Notes under the pieces: generated by a model | Database searches by the model: none | Told to the model about the DNA's origin: nothing | What the model saw: only the letters and a program-made list of their open reading frames with translations | In this document: one piece after another, positions 49,009 through 58,479 of the stretch | Layout: every line of letters begins with the position of its first letter | Position numbering within the stretch: position 1 is the stretch's first letter | Position numbers and translations under genes: made by a program | Assembly (NCBI GenBank): GCA_037481835.1 | Contig: JBBFKW010000007.1 | Span: 116,247-180,246 of the forward strand | Length of the DNA stretch: 64,000 nt | Reading direction: 5' to 3' | Origin: Desulfosoma sp. | GTDB lineage: Bacteria > Desulfobacterota > Syntrophobacteria > Syntrophobacterales > DSM-9756

Positions 49009-49915
49009 TTTTGCCAAGCGCTTTCAGCAGGTCTTGGGTATCCGCATCTCGGAATGCTACGACGCCTTGCTGGCACACCACAATGAACAGCTTTCCGCGG
49101 ACCCCTTGTCCGAACCCGGATGGATTCCCGGCGTGGGCAACGCGGATTTTGCCATCGGCACGACCCAAACCTTCCGAGACATGTTTCCCCAGTTCCCCCA
49201 TCACTGGGTGATCATCGGCATGGAAGGCAAACGCACCATTGAAAAAATCAACGAACAGATCGACGTGTACGTGGCTTTGGACGTGCGCGACGACAGCGTC
49301 CACCTTGTGGATTCTTTGGGGAAAGCCTGGAAGGAAGCGGACCATTTCCGAGATTGGCTTGCGCATAAACTGGCCCGAGCCCTGTGGGAACGGACCCACG
49401 AAAGCCACCTTTTCGTCGTCGGGGACAAGACGGAGGCCGTCATCCGAACCTTGCGGGAGCAGCTCGTGGCCTGGCATCGCCAAGGTGTGGTGGACATCGA
49501 GGGGATGCTGACCCTGCACAGGGACGAGCAAGGACGCCTTTCCCTTCAGCATGCCCAGTACAGCGGACTTAAAGAAACGGCCGTGGGGAGCATCGCCGGG
49601 CTTTTGGTGGGGTCCCTGCTGTTTCATCCCGTGTTGGGGGCGGCTTTGGGGACGGTTACAGGAGCCGCCGCCGGAAGCCGCCGCTTCAGTCTATCCCACG
49701 TGGGCATTGATGATGAATTCGTCAAGCAGGTCGCCTGTGCGGTCCTGCCCGGCATGTGGGCCTTGGTCGTGGTCCTGCGCCATGCCAAGATTAACGGCAT
49801 GGTGGAAACCCTGAAGAAAATCGGGGGAACGGTCTTGGTCACGTCCTTGAGCAAGCGCGGGGAAGAGCGTCTGCGCGCTGCCTTGGCATCCTCTGGGAAC
49901 GACCCGAGCGGCTAA
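49001..49915 (+). CDS. SMI1/KNR4-like domain fused to DUF1269-like glycine-zipper membrane domain
   Basis: N-terminal FQQVLGIRISECYDALL...ADHFRDWL; C-terminal GSIAGLLVG..GAALG..GIDDEFVK..GGTVLVTSLS; overlaps kinase stop. Confidence 0.65.
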   Translation: MSDFAKRFQQVLGIRISECYDALLAHHNEQLSADPLSEPGWIPGVGNADFAIGTTQTFRDMFPQFPHHWVIIGMEGKRTIEKINEQIDVYVALDVRDDSVHLVDSLGKAWKEADHFRDWLAHKLARALWERTHESHLFVVGDKTEAVIRTLREQLVAWHRQGVVDIEGMLTLHRDEQGRLSLQHAQYSGLKETAVGSIAGLLVGSLLFHPVLGAALGTVTGAAAGSRRFSLSHVGIDDEFVKQVACAVLPGMWALVVVLRHAKINGMVETLKKIGGTVLVTSLSKRGEERLRAALASSGNDPSG

Positions 49916-50219
49916 GAGCGTGCAAGCCGAATCCAAATCTTTGCCCGTATGCCCGAGACCCACGCAAAGACCTTCTGGAAGACCAATCCACGACGAAAGA
50001 CGGCCTTGAGCAAAGGGCGCCATGTTTCAAAGCCTCGTGGGGCTCGAAAAGGTCCGCAGGCGGCCTTGGGACCGAAGTTTCCCTGAGAGGACCTTGCGGG
50101 CCCCTGGGGTTTACGCCATCGTGCAATTCAGTCTCGATTGAGACAAATTGCCTCGAGAAAACGATCATAAAAAGCAACATGGGGTCCGGCGCACTGCGAA
50201 AACTCTGGGAGCGTGTCCG

Positions 50220-50549
50220 TTGCTGATCCTCAAGATCATCATCAGCGTGGGGATTATCCTTGCGGCTACGGGGCTTGCGAGGCGCTTTCCGTCAGCCGCC
50301 GGGCTCATCGGGGTCATGCCGCTTACAGGGGCCCTCACCTTGGTCTGGATCCATGTGGAAAACAGGGGGGATCCCCTGGTAATGGAAAAGTTTACGAAAG
50401 GGGCGCTGTGGGGGATCCTGCCCAGCGTGCTCTTTTTTTTGGCCGCCCTATGGGGCTTCAAGAAAGGCTTTTCCCTGTCCATGGTCCTGGCCTTGAGCTT
50501 CAGCGCCTGGGCCGCAGCGGCGGCGGTCCACCAGTGGTTGTTCCGGTGA
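50220..50549 (+). CDS. DUF3147 family membrane protein
   Basis: KIIISVGII...AGLIGVMPLTG.L.LVWI; TTG start assumed. Confidence 0.7.
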   Translation: MLILKIIISVGIILAATGLARRFPSAAGLIGVMPLTGALTLVWIHVENRGDPLVMEKFTKGALWGILPSVLFFLAALWGFKKGFSLSMVLALSFSAWAAAAAVHQWLFR

Positions 50550-50749
50550 CAACGAGGCGGCTCGTTTTTTTAAGGCGCCCTTCTTCCCACCGCTTTTCGG
50601 TTCCGGTGGCTTTGACAGGGGGATCGGTCCGCATTTTCCAACGGGATGCCAGTCCTGCACATGTTTCGAAACATACCGGCGGCACCAAGACGGGAAAGGG
50701 ACAGTGTTCCGCGATGGAGGCGGGGTTGTTCGGCTGACTGGAGGATGGC

Positions 50750-51502
50750 ATGGACTCGCAGGCGCCTGACGTGAGTGTCGTAATTCCCGTCTACAATGAA
50801 GAAGAAAATGTAGAGGAAATGGCTGCGGAGGTGGACCGGGCCCTGGAAGGCACCGGTCTTACCTGGGAATGTCTCTGGGTAGACGACGGGTCCACAGATG
50901 CGACGGCGGAAAAGCTGCGGCGCATCGTCAACGGGGATCCCCGGGGGCGGCACCGGTTTTTGAGATTCGAAAAAAATGCGGGCCAATCGGCGGCCCTGTG
51001 GGCCGGGTTCAACCACTCGCGGGGAACCCTCATCGCCACCCTGGACGGCGATGGACAAAACGATCCCGCCGACCTGCCTCGACTCCTAGAAATGCTGCGC
51101 AGCGGCGAATACGATATGGTCAACGGCTACAGGGCCGTAAGGCGCGATTCCTTCGTTCGGCGGGTGTCTTCACGCATTGCCAATGCCTTCCGCAACTGGG
51201 TGACCGGCAAGACGGTTCGCGACGTGGGCTGTTCCACGCGGGTTTTTCGGCGGGAATGCGTGACCCATCTTCCTCCCTTCAAGGGGTTGCATCGCTTCCT
51301 GCCCACGCTGGTGGTCCTTTACGGATACCGAATCACGGAAACGCCGGTCCGCCATAGGCCTCGGCGCAAGGGGGTCACCAAGTACGGCATCCACAACCGG
51401 CTCTGGGTGGGGCTCCTCGATTCCTTCGGGGTGTGGTGGCTGAGAAGGAGGGCTTTCCGCTACCGGATTGCCGAGAGCTTTCCAAAGAGGGAAGGCTCGT
51501 GA
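50750..51502 (+). CDS. GT2 glycosyltransferase (polyprenol-phosphate glycosyltransferase, ArnC/DPM1-like)
   Basis: SVVIPVYNEE, VDDGSTD, NAGQSAA, TLDGDGQNDP, HRFLP. Confidence 0.93.
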   Translation: MDSQAPDVSVVIPVYNEEENVEEMAAEVDRALEGTGLTWECLWVDDGSTDATAEKLRRIVNGDPRGRHRFLRFEKNAGQSAALWAGFNHSRGTLIATLDGDGQNDPADLPRLLEMLRSGEYDMVNGYRAVRRDSFVRRVSSRIANAFRNWVTGKTVRDVGCSTRVFRRECVTHLPPFKGLHRFLPTLVVLYGYRITETPVRHRPRRKGVTKYGIHNRLWVGLLDSFGVWWLRRRAFRYRIAESFPKREGS

Positions 51503-51665
51503 CCACGGAAAAGGTCTGGGGTGCCGCGGGCCTCGGGGTTCAAGCCCTCTTTTCGGCGCGGTTTTTCACTCGAGGGATTGCCGTCGAGGGAGGGCGCGCA
51601 AGAGCGGGGTTCCGGAGGCGTTTTGGGTCCTGAGCCTTTTGGGAGGGGTGCAGCTCTTGCCGAAA
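51499..51665 (+). pseudogene. Degraded LAB-N (lipid A biosynthesis N-terminal domain) gene
   Basis: GVQALFSARF in one frame, then SGVPEAFWVLSLLGG in another; truncated afterwards. Confidence 0.7.
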
Positions 51666-51738
51666 GGACCCGTAAAGAGCAAACTCGTTGCCCAAAATGG
51701 GTTTTTACAGGGTATCGGTGGAGGCTTCCTTGGCCCCA

Positions 51739-52053
51739 TCACCCGGGAAGAATGCGGCGGGTTGCGGCCACAACTCCCATCCCCACCATCATGGCCAGAA
51801 AGACGTTTTTCGTTTTATAGGCCACGGCGGCCGTGCAGCAACCTGCCAGGACGCCTGACGGCCCTGCGGCCAAAATGCCCGGCGCCACCAGGGACACCAG
51901 AAGCGTTCCGGGCAGGGCATCCATAAAAGTTCTGAAGCGACCGCCCCGAGGCAGCCTGCTCGAAAGCAGCAAGCCTCCGAACCGCAACGCATAGGTGGCA
52001 AGGGCTGCGGCTCCGATGGCAAGGTAAGCTTCCATTTCGTGAAGTTCAGGCAT
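51739..52053 (-). CDS. azlD: AzlD family protein
   Basis: ATYALRFGG, LPGTLLVSLVAP; coupled to azlC. Confidence 0.82.
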   Translation of the reverse strand: MPELHEMEAYLAIGAAALATYALRFGGLLLSSRLPRGGRFRTFMDALPGTLLVSLVAPGILAAGPSGVLAGCCTAAVAYKTKNVFLAMMVGMGVVAATRRILPG

Positions 52054-52786
52054 CAGGAGCGCGCTCCTCACCCCTTTGTTTACTCATCGCGGCGCTCAAG
52101 GATCCCGCCAATGCGCCACCGAGAATGTACCACTTGCCCGGAAGAACCCTCTCCACGAGGACGGCTGTCCCTGCCGCCACAAGCCACGGAACGGCGTCGC
52201 CCCGACCGCGCCACAAAGACACGGCCAAAGCGGTAAACACGGCGATGAAGGCAAAATCGAGAGCATAGGCGCCGGGATCTTTCACGGCGGCCCCCAGCAG
52301 GTGGCCTGACAAAGTCCCCAGGCACCATGCGGACACCACGCACAGTCCTCCGCCCAAAAGAAAGGCTGTAGACACGTCACCCCATCGGCGCCGGGCCGCC
52401 ATGGTCACGGCCCAGTTCTCATCGGCCACCCAATGGATCCGGGTGGCCTTGTGCCAGAACGATGTCCCTCGAAACACCGGTTCCAGGGACGCCCCGATCA
52501 AAAGATACCGCAAATTGATGGCAAACACCGCCAGAGTCATCTCCGCAATGGGAAGAGGGGGCACCCACATGTCGACCATGACAAACTGGGCGGAGCCTGC
52601 AAAGACGCTCACGTTCATGACAAGCAACTGGAACCAGCTGATGTGCTTCTGAGCCGCGAGCACCCCGAGGACGCTCCCATAGGCGGCGACACTCGCCGCC
52701 ACAGGGAGATTGGCCGCAAAACCCCGCCGCAGACCTGCGTGCCCGTCAAGGTGCGCCGATGTATGGACTTGTTCCTTCCGTTTCAT
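52046..52786 (-). CDS. azlC: AzlC family branched-chain amino acid exporter permease
   Basis: VFAGSAQF, INLRY, ADENWA, LDFAFIAVF. Confidence 0.9.
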   Translation of the reverse strand: MKRKEQVHTSAHLDGHAGLRRGFAANLPVAASVAAYGSVLGVLAAQKHISWFQLLVMNVSVFAGSAQFVMVDMWVPPLPIAEMTLAVFAINLRYLLIGASLEPVFRGTSFWHKATRIHWVADENWAVTMAARRRWGDVSTAFLLGGGLCVVSAWCLGTLSGHLLGAAVKDPGAYALDFAFIAVFTALAVSLWRGRGDAVPWLVAAGTAVLVERVLPGKWYILGGALAGSLSAAMSKQRGEERAPDA

Positions 52787-53084
52787 CAAAACAGATCCTT
52801 TCGGCGGTTTTGAAGGGACGGGAGCTTTTGGCGGACCGACCGAACTCGCTGCGAAGAAATCCAAGCGCTCACAAGGCCTTCCCCGAAACCTCCTTTTCCA
52901 TGTTGCTGGCGCACTGAGGCATCCTGTCAGCCACGCTTTTTTTCAAGGCCGACTTTAGGCTCCTTTACAGGATGTCAAGAAAGCTGACAATCGTCTCAAG
53001 ACGCCGCCCTCGGAGACACCCGCCGTTTTCCATGAAGGCTCAATGGATCGCTCTGGCTTAAGCCGTGCCGGAAAGAGCTTCGCA

Positions 53085-53101
53085 TTGGCACAAGGCTTGC
53101 C
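53085..53101 (+). promoter_or_regulatory. Sigma54 (-24/-12) promoter of the ech operon
   Basis: TTGGCAC-AAGGC-TTGC about 70 nt before echA. Confidence 0.72.
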
Positions 53102-53168
53102 TGTTTTCGTTGACCGGGCGTCCCGACAGGGGCACGCGGGCTCTGGGCTGAAGTCGAAAGGAGCGTCC

Positions 53169-55106
53169 ATGGAGCTGAGTGCATCGGACCCGATCCTCAT
53201 GCCGGCCCTGCTCTTTACCCTCATCCTTTTTCCGTTCCTAGCTGCGTTTGGGGCTTATCTCGCGGTCTCCGACCGTTTGCTAAAGGTCATCATCGTGGTT
53301 ACGGGCGTGGCCCTCGTGACGGCCTCCTTGGTGCTCAGCGCACAGGTTCCTTTCTCCTTTGCGCTTTCGCCGGATGGGCCCATTGCTTTCCGTGCCGTGA
53401 TCGAAGTCGCCGATTTTGCTCTCCTCAGCTTGATTTTCTATTTCGGATGGAAGCATCGGCACCCGACCATCATGGCTTTGGCTGCACTTCAGGGGGTGCT
53501 TCTCCTCTATGTGCAATTTCTCCTTTCCGAGGGGCAGGCCCACTGGCCTGTCTTCTACGGCGACAATCTGGCGCTGATCATGATTTTCATCATTTCCGTG
53601 GTCGGGTCGATTATTTGCTTTCAGGCCCTCGACTACATGAAGGCTCACGAACAACACCAAGGCCTGGATAGGAGTCGCCGGAGCCGGTTTTTCTCCATCA
53701 TGGTGCTTTTCCTTGGAGCGATGAATGGGCTGGTCTTGGCGAACGATATGGCTTTCTTCTACTTCTTTTTTGAAGTCACCACGTTATGTTCCTTCCTGCT
53801 CATTGCCCATGACCGCACGCCCGTGGCAGTGAGTAACGCACTTCGAGCGTTGTGGATGAACTGTTTGGGAGGTGCCGCCTTTACGGTCGCCATGACCGGC
53901 GTGGCGCTGCACGTCAATTCTCTGGATCTCAGCCGGTTGACCAGCGCCGGCCCTGCGGACGGTGTTCTTCTGCCGGCCCTGGCCTTCCTGGGCCTGGCCG
54001 CCTTTACCAAGGCGGCCCAATTCCCCTTCCAGAGTTGGCTGTTGGGGGCGATGGTGGCTCCGACGCCGGTGTCCGCCCTGTTGCATTCAAGCACCATGGT
54101 GAAGGTGGGGGTCTACCTGGTCTTTCGCATGGCGCCCGCAATCCGGGGGACCTTTTTGAGTCACTGTTTGGCCGTGTTTGGCGGGTTCGGCTTTCTCGCA
54201 GCGGCGGCTCTGGCGGTTGGGCAAAGCAACGGGAAGAAGGTCCTGGCCTATTCGACCATCAGCAATCTCGGTCTCATGATCGCCTGCGCAGGGCTCAATA
54301 CCTCAGCGGCGTTGACCGCCGGGGTGTTGCTGATCCTATTCCATGCCGTTAACAAAGCGCTTCTCTTCCTGTGCGTCGGAACGATCGAGCAACGCATTGC
54401 GAGCCGCGATATCGAAGACATGCGCGGCCTTTATACGATCATGCCGGTCACCGCCCTGATGACGGTCTTTGGCGTCATCATGATGATCATGCCGCCTTTC
54501 GGGCTCATGCTCGGCAAGTGGATGGCGATGGAAGCGGCCGCGACCAATCTTTTCGTGATCGTCATGGTGACGTTGGGCAGTGCGCTCACAGTGATGTACT
54601 GGGCGCGATGGGCCGGGATTCTGATGAGCGACCCTTTTGCCGGACGCTTCACCCCGGAACGCCAGCCGTGGCCTACGTGGACGGCCCTGGGCTGTCTGTG
54701 TCTTGGCGGGGGAATCCTCAGTGTGGCGGCGCCGTGGCTCTATTCCCTGTGGTTCACCCGTGCGCTCAGTCCCGGCTATGAACCTCCTTATGGAGTGCAC
54801 GGGGGAATCCTGGAAAATGCCGTGGGCGCCTTTGCGGTATGGCCGCTTGCCGGGGTGGCGGCAGTGGGTTTTGTTCTCGCCGTCGTCGCGGTCTATCGGG
54901 CCGGCGGGGCTCGTATCGTCAAGCCTTACGTGAGCGGGTTGCAGACGGATACCCCAGGTGTTTTCACCGGCCCCTTGAATCAACCTGTTCAAGCTCGTGC
55001 TTCCAACTACTACCTCTCTTCTCTTTTCGGTGAAAGCCGGCTGACAGTGTGGTTCAACCTGGCGGCTGTTGCGCTGCTTGGCCTCATTTTGGGGGGTGCC
55101 CTATGA
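53169..55106 (+). CDS. echA: Ech hydrogenase antiporter-like subunit A
   Basis: NuoL/MrpA-like FFEVTT, TKAAQFPF..WLLGAMVAPTPVSALLHSSTMV; AAAGGAG RBS. Confidence 0.9.
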   Translation: MELSASDPILMPALLFTLILFPFLAAFGAYLAVSDRLLKVIIVVTGVALVTASLVLSAQVPFSFALSPDGPIAFRAVIEVADFALLSLIFYFGWKHRHPTIMALAALQGVLLLYVQFLLSEGQAHWPVFYGDNLALIMIFIISVVGSIICFQALDYMKAHEQHQGLDRSRRSRFFSIMVLFLGAMNGLVLANDMAFFYFFFEVTTLCSFLLIAHDRTPVAVSNALRALWMNCLGGAAFTVAMTGVALHVNSLDLSRLTSAGPADGVLLPALAFLGLAAFTKAAQFPFQSWLLGAMVAPTPVSALLHSSTMVKVGVYLVFRMAPAIRGTFLSHCLAVFGGFGFLAAAALAVGQSNGKKVLAYSTISNLGLMIACAGLNTSAALTAGVLLILFHAVNKALLFLCVGTIEQRIASRDIEDMRGLYTIMPVTALMTVFGVIMMIMPPFGLMLGKWMAMEAAATNLFVIVMVTLGSALTVMYWARWAGILMSDPFAGRFTPERQPWPTWTALGCLCLGGGILSVAAPWLYSLWFTRALSPGYEPPYGVHGGILENAVGAFAVWPLAGVAAVGFVLAVVAVYRAGGARIVKPYVSGLQTDTPGVFTGPLNQPVQARASNYYLSSLFGESRLTVWFNLAAVALLGLILGGAL

Positions 55107-55954
55107 ACGAGGGTCTGCTTGTGGCCGGGTTTGCCCTGGTGGGGGCGCCCCTTTTGGGAGGGTTAATCACGGGGGCGGACAGGATTATCACGGCGCGGCT
55201 TCAAGCCAGGATCGGGCCTCCGTTGATCCAGCCGTTCTACGATGTGGCCAAACTCCTGGGCAAAGAGCAGATCGCCGTCAATGTCTGGCAGGTTTTCGGC
55301 GCCTGTGCGTACCTCATGGCTTCGGCGATCGCCGTGGTTCTCCTGGCGCTTCGCACCGACCTCTTGGTGATCCTCTTCACGCAGGCCGTGGGATCCGTCT
55401 TCTTGGTGGTGGGCGCGCTCGCTTCCGCTTCACCATACAGTCAGGTGGGAGCGCATCGGGAACTCTTGCAGGTCTTGTGCTACGAACCCTTGTTGATTCT
55501 CGTGGCTGTAGGCGTTTATCTCCACGTGGGCAGTTTCAAGGTTTCCGATATCCTCGCATGGCAAACGCCCCTGTTGTCCAAACTGCCTTTTCTCTTCTTG
55601 GCTCTTGGCTGTGTGCTGACCATCAAGCTCCGCAAGTCGCCTTTCGACCTTTCCACCAGCCATCACGGGCACCAAGAAATCGTCAAGGGGCTTCTCACCG
55701 ATTACTCGGGGCCCATTCTCGCCTTCGCCGAAATCGGCCATTGGCTTGAGACCGTCTTGCTGCTGGGCCTCTGCGCGCTTTTCTGGACCACCCACTGGTT
55801 GGGGATGATTCTTTTGGCGGGCGCAACCTTCGCCCTCCAAATCCTGATCGACAATGTGTCGTCCCGCATGAATTGGCGGTGGATGCTGGGCTACGTGTGG
55901 GCTGTGGGTTTGAGTCTTTCGGTGGTGAATCTGGTCTGGGTCCAGGCGAGGTGA
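55103..55954 (+). CDS. echB: Ech hydrogenase membrane subunit B
   Basis: NuoH-like ARLQARIGPP..QPFYD..KL, KSPFDLS..HQEIVKG. Confidence 0.92.
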   Translation: MNEGLLVAGFALVGAPLLGGLITGADRIITARLQARIGPPLIQPFYDVAKLLGKEQIAVNVWQVFGACAYLMASAIAVVLLALRTDLLVILFTQAVGSVFLVVGALASASPYSQVGAHRELLQVLCYEPLLILVAVGVYLHVGSFKVSDILAWQTPLLSKLPFLFLALGCVLTIKLRKSPFDLSTSHHGHQEIVKGLLTDYSGPILAFAEIGHWLETVLLLGLCALFWTTHWLGMILLAGATFALQILIDNVSSRMNWRWMLGYVWAVGLSLSVVNLVWVQAR

Positions 55955-55959
55955 TCCTC

Positions 55960-56442
55960 ATGTGGGAACGTATGACACAGGGGTCGAGGATCAAATCCCC
56001 TTGGCTGCTCCACTACGATTGCGGCAGCTGTAATGGATGTGATATCGAAGTGTTGGCCTGCCTGACCCCGATCTACGATCTGGAACGATTCGGCGTCGTC
56101 AATGTGGGCAATCCGTTGCACGCCGATATCCTGTTGGTTACCGGCACGGTCAATCATCGCAACAAGAGGGTGCTTCGGAACCTTTATGAACAGATGCCGC
56201 GGCCCAAGGTGGTCATAGCCGTCGGCTCTTGTGCCCTCACGGGCGGTGTGTTCCGCGAGGCCTACAACGTGGTAGGAGGCGTGGCCAAAGTGATTCCGGT
56301 GGATGTGTACGTGCCGGGGTGCCCCGTCAAGCCGGAAGCCGTCATCGACGGCGTCATCCTTGGCCTGGAAAGATTCAGGAGGAAAAAGAGTGGAAAGAAT
56401 CTTCTGGAGCCGGGGGACTGGGGTGAGGAGCGAAGGGGATGA
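55960..56442 (+). CDS. echC: Ech hydrogenase small subunit C
   Basis: SCNGCDIE, GSCA..GG, VYVPGCP. Confidence 0.93.
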   Translation: MWERMTQGSRIKSPWLLHYDCGSCNGCDIEVLACLTPIYDLERFGVVNVGNPLHADILLVTGTVNHRNKRVLRNLYEQMPRPKVVIAVGSCALTGGVFREAYNVVGGVAKVIPVDVYVPGCPVKPEAVIDGVILGLERFRRKKSGKNLLEPGDWGEERRG

Positions 56443-56846
56443 GCATGGAAGCCATTGCCGTCAGCCCGGAACATGTGGTGGGCGCATGCGCCGAAAGAAA
56501 AGCCGCGGGCTATCGATTCGTCACCATGACGTGCGTGGCCGTGGATGAGCACATGCTTGATGTCCTTTATCATTTCGACAAGGACATGGAGCTTGAACAT
56601 CTGCGCCTCAGGATCCCCAAGGACAGCTGCGTGCCGAGCATCACCCCCGTCTTTTTCGCCGCCTTTCTGGTGGAAAACGAGATCCAGGACCTGTTCGGAC
56701 TGCGCTTTTGCGGCCTGGCAATTGACTACAAGCACTCCCTTTACTTGGATGAGGCAGCCCCCAAGGCGCCTTTCTGCAAAGGTGCGGTGGACGCCTCTCC
56801 GAGGCCGGGCGGAAAACCGCCTGGAGATCCTGAGTCATCTGAGTGA
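56439..56846 (+). CDS. echD: Ech hydrogenase subunit D
   Basis: NuoC-like YHFD..VPSIT..AFLVENEIQDLFG. Confidence 0.88.
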   Translation: MSMEAIAVSPEHVVGACAERKAAGYRFVTMTCVAVDEHMLDVLYHFDKDMELEHLRLRIPKDSCVPSITPVFFAAFLVENEIQDLFGLRFCGLAIDYKHSLYLDEAAPKAPFCKGAVDASPRPGGKPPGDPESSE

Positions 56847-56877
56847 TGCGGAATCTGGAAGAGATGCAGGAGTCACC

Positions 56878-57954
56878 ATGCCGGTGTCTGTCATCCCCTT
56901 CGGCCCTCAGCATCCGGTGCTGCCGGAACCCATCCACCTCAAACTGACGGTGGAAGATGAGGTCATTCGCGAGGCTGTTCCCGCCTTGGGATATGTTCAC
57001 CGAGGGCTGGAAAAGCTTGCTGAAATCCGGGACTTTCAGCAGATGATTCAAATCGTCGAGCGGGTCTGCGGCATCTGTTCCATGATGCATTCTCTGTGCT
57101 ACGTGCAGGGCATCGAAGCCATGATGGGGATCGAGGTGCCGCCGAGAGCGAAATACCTTCGGGTGATTTGGGCGGAACTCCATCGCATGCACAGCCACCT
57201 CCTCTGGCTGGGACTTTTTGCCGACAGCTTCGGTTTCGAGAGCCTGTTCATGGAGATTTGGAAGATTCGGGAAAAGATCATGGATCTGCAGGAAGCCACG
57301 ACCGGAAACAGGGTCATCGTCTCGGTCAATGTGATCGGCGGTGTTCGGCGCGATCTGAGTCCGGAGCAGCAGCGGATGATCCTCACGACTCTCAAGGACG
57401 TGGAAGACGAAGTGCGGCGACTGGAAAAGACCTTGTTGGACGATTACACGATCAAGAAACGAACCAAGGGAAAGGGCGTGCTTCGTTCCGACCAGGCCCT
57501 CGAACTTGGATGCGTGGGACCGGTGCTGCGCGGAAGCGGTGTCGCCAAAGACACCCGCCTCCTGGGCTATGCCGCCTACAACGAACTGAGCTTCCAGCCG
57601 GTGGTGGAACCGGATGGGGATTGCCATGCCCGCGGTAAGGTTCGGTACCGGGAGGTCCTGCAAAGCATCGATTTGATCCGGCAGGCACTTTCCAAACTGC
57701 CTGACGGCGAACTCAGCGCTTCGGTGCGAGGCCGACCGGAAGGCGAGGGCACGGCCCGGGTGGAGCAACCCCGAGGAGAGCTCTTTTATTATATCCGGGC
57801 CGACGGTGGGAGGCAGCTCAGCAGAGTGCGGATCAGGACTCCCACCTTTGCCAACCTGCCGGCGCTGGTGACCATGCTGCCCGGCGTTTACCTTTCAGAC
57901 GTCCCCGTTGTGGTGATGTCCATCGATCCGTGCATCAGTTGCACGGAACGGTAG
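56878..57954 (+). CDS. echE: Ech [NiFe] hydrogenase large subunit E (group 4)
   Basis: PFGPQHP, GYVHRG, ERVCGIC and DPCISCTER Ni-binding motifs; no C-terminal extension. Confidence 0.95.
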   Translation: MPVSVIPFGPQHPVLPEPIHLKLTVEDEVIREAVPALGYVHRGLEKLAEIRDFQQMIQIVERVCGICSMMHSLCYVQGIEAMMGIEVPPRAKYLRVIWAELHRMHSHLLWLGLFADSFGFESLFMEIWKIREKIMDLQEATTGNRVIVSVNVIGGVRRDLSPEQQRMILTTLKDVEDEVRRLEKTLLDDYTIKKRTKGKGVLRSDQALELGCVGPVLRGSGVAKDTRLLGYAAYNELSFQPVVEPDGDCHARGKVRYREVLQSIDLIRQALSKLPDGELSASVRGRPEGEGTARVEQPRGELFYYIRADGGRQLSRVRIRTPTFANLPALVTMLPGVYLSDVPVVVMSIDPCISCTER

Positions 57955-57982
57955 GGGACGACCCCGGGAAGAGGAGGCGACC

Positions 57983-58342
57983 ATGTTCTCGATGGCCCCC
58001 AGCCTGATGCGAAACTTCTTTTCGAAAAAGGCTACGCGGCGTTACCCGCAGGTCGCGAGACCGCCTTTCGCGGACGCTCGCGGCGAACTCACAAACGATG
58101 CCGCTCTGTGCACCTTCTGCGGGGTCTGCGCCGCCAAATGCCCGTCCCAATGCATCCGCGTGGATAAGAAATCCGTGTCTTGGCAATATGATCCCTTCGC
58201 CTGTATTTACTGCGGTATCTGCGTGGAAAACTGCAAAGCCAAGTCGCTTCGGATGCACCCCCACTATCGGCCGCCGACGGTGGTCCACGAGATCATCGTC
58301 TTGCACGGCAAGGCTCCTGGCGCTGTGTCTCGAAAAGACTGA
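57983..58342 (+). CDS. echF: Ech hydrogenase ferredoxin-like subunit F
   Basis: ATRRYP; CTFCGVCAAKCP and CIYCGICVENC. Confidence 0.9.
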   Translation: MFSMAPSLMRNFFSKKATRRYPQVARPPFADARGELTNDAALCTFCGVCAAKCPSQCIRVDKKSVSWQYDPFACIYCGICVENCKAKSLRMHPHYRPPTVVHEIIVLHGKAPGAVSRKD

Positions 58343-58479
58343 CGATCCCCCTCGAATCTCCATTCGTCATTCTGGGAAGCTCCCGATTTCGGCACGAAGG
58401 TGAAAAGGACGATCATGCGCCCCTTCTCCTGCTCCATCCGCATGAGCGAGGGAGGTCAAGACTGGGTTGTCATAGCGGG

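Noticed and set aside
56878..57954. Possible selenocysteine [NiFeSe] hydrogenase
   Set aside because: The C-terminal motif is DPCISC with Cys codons; no in-frame TGA
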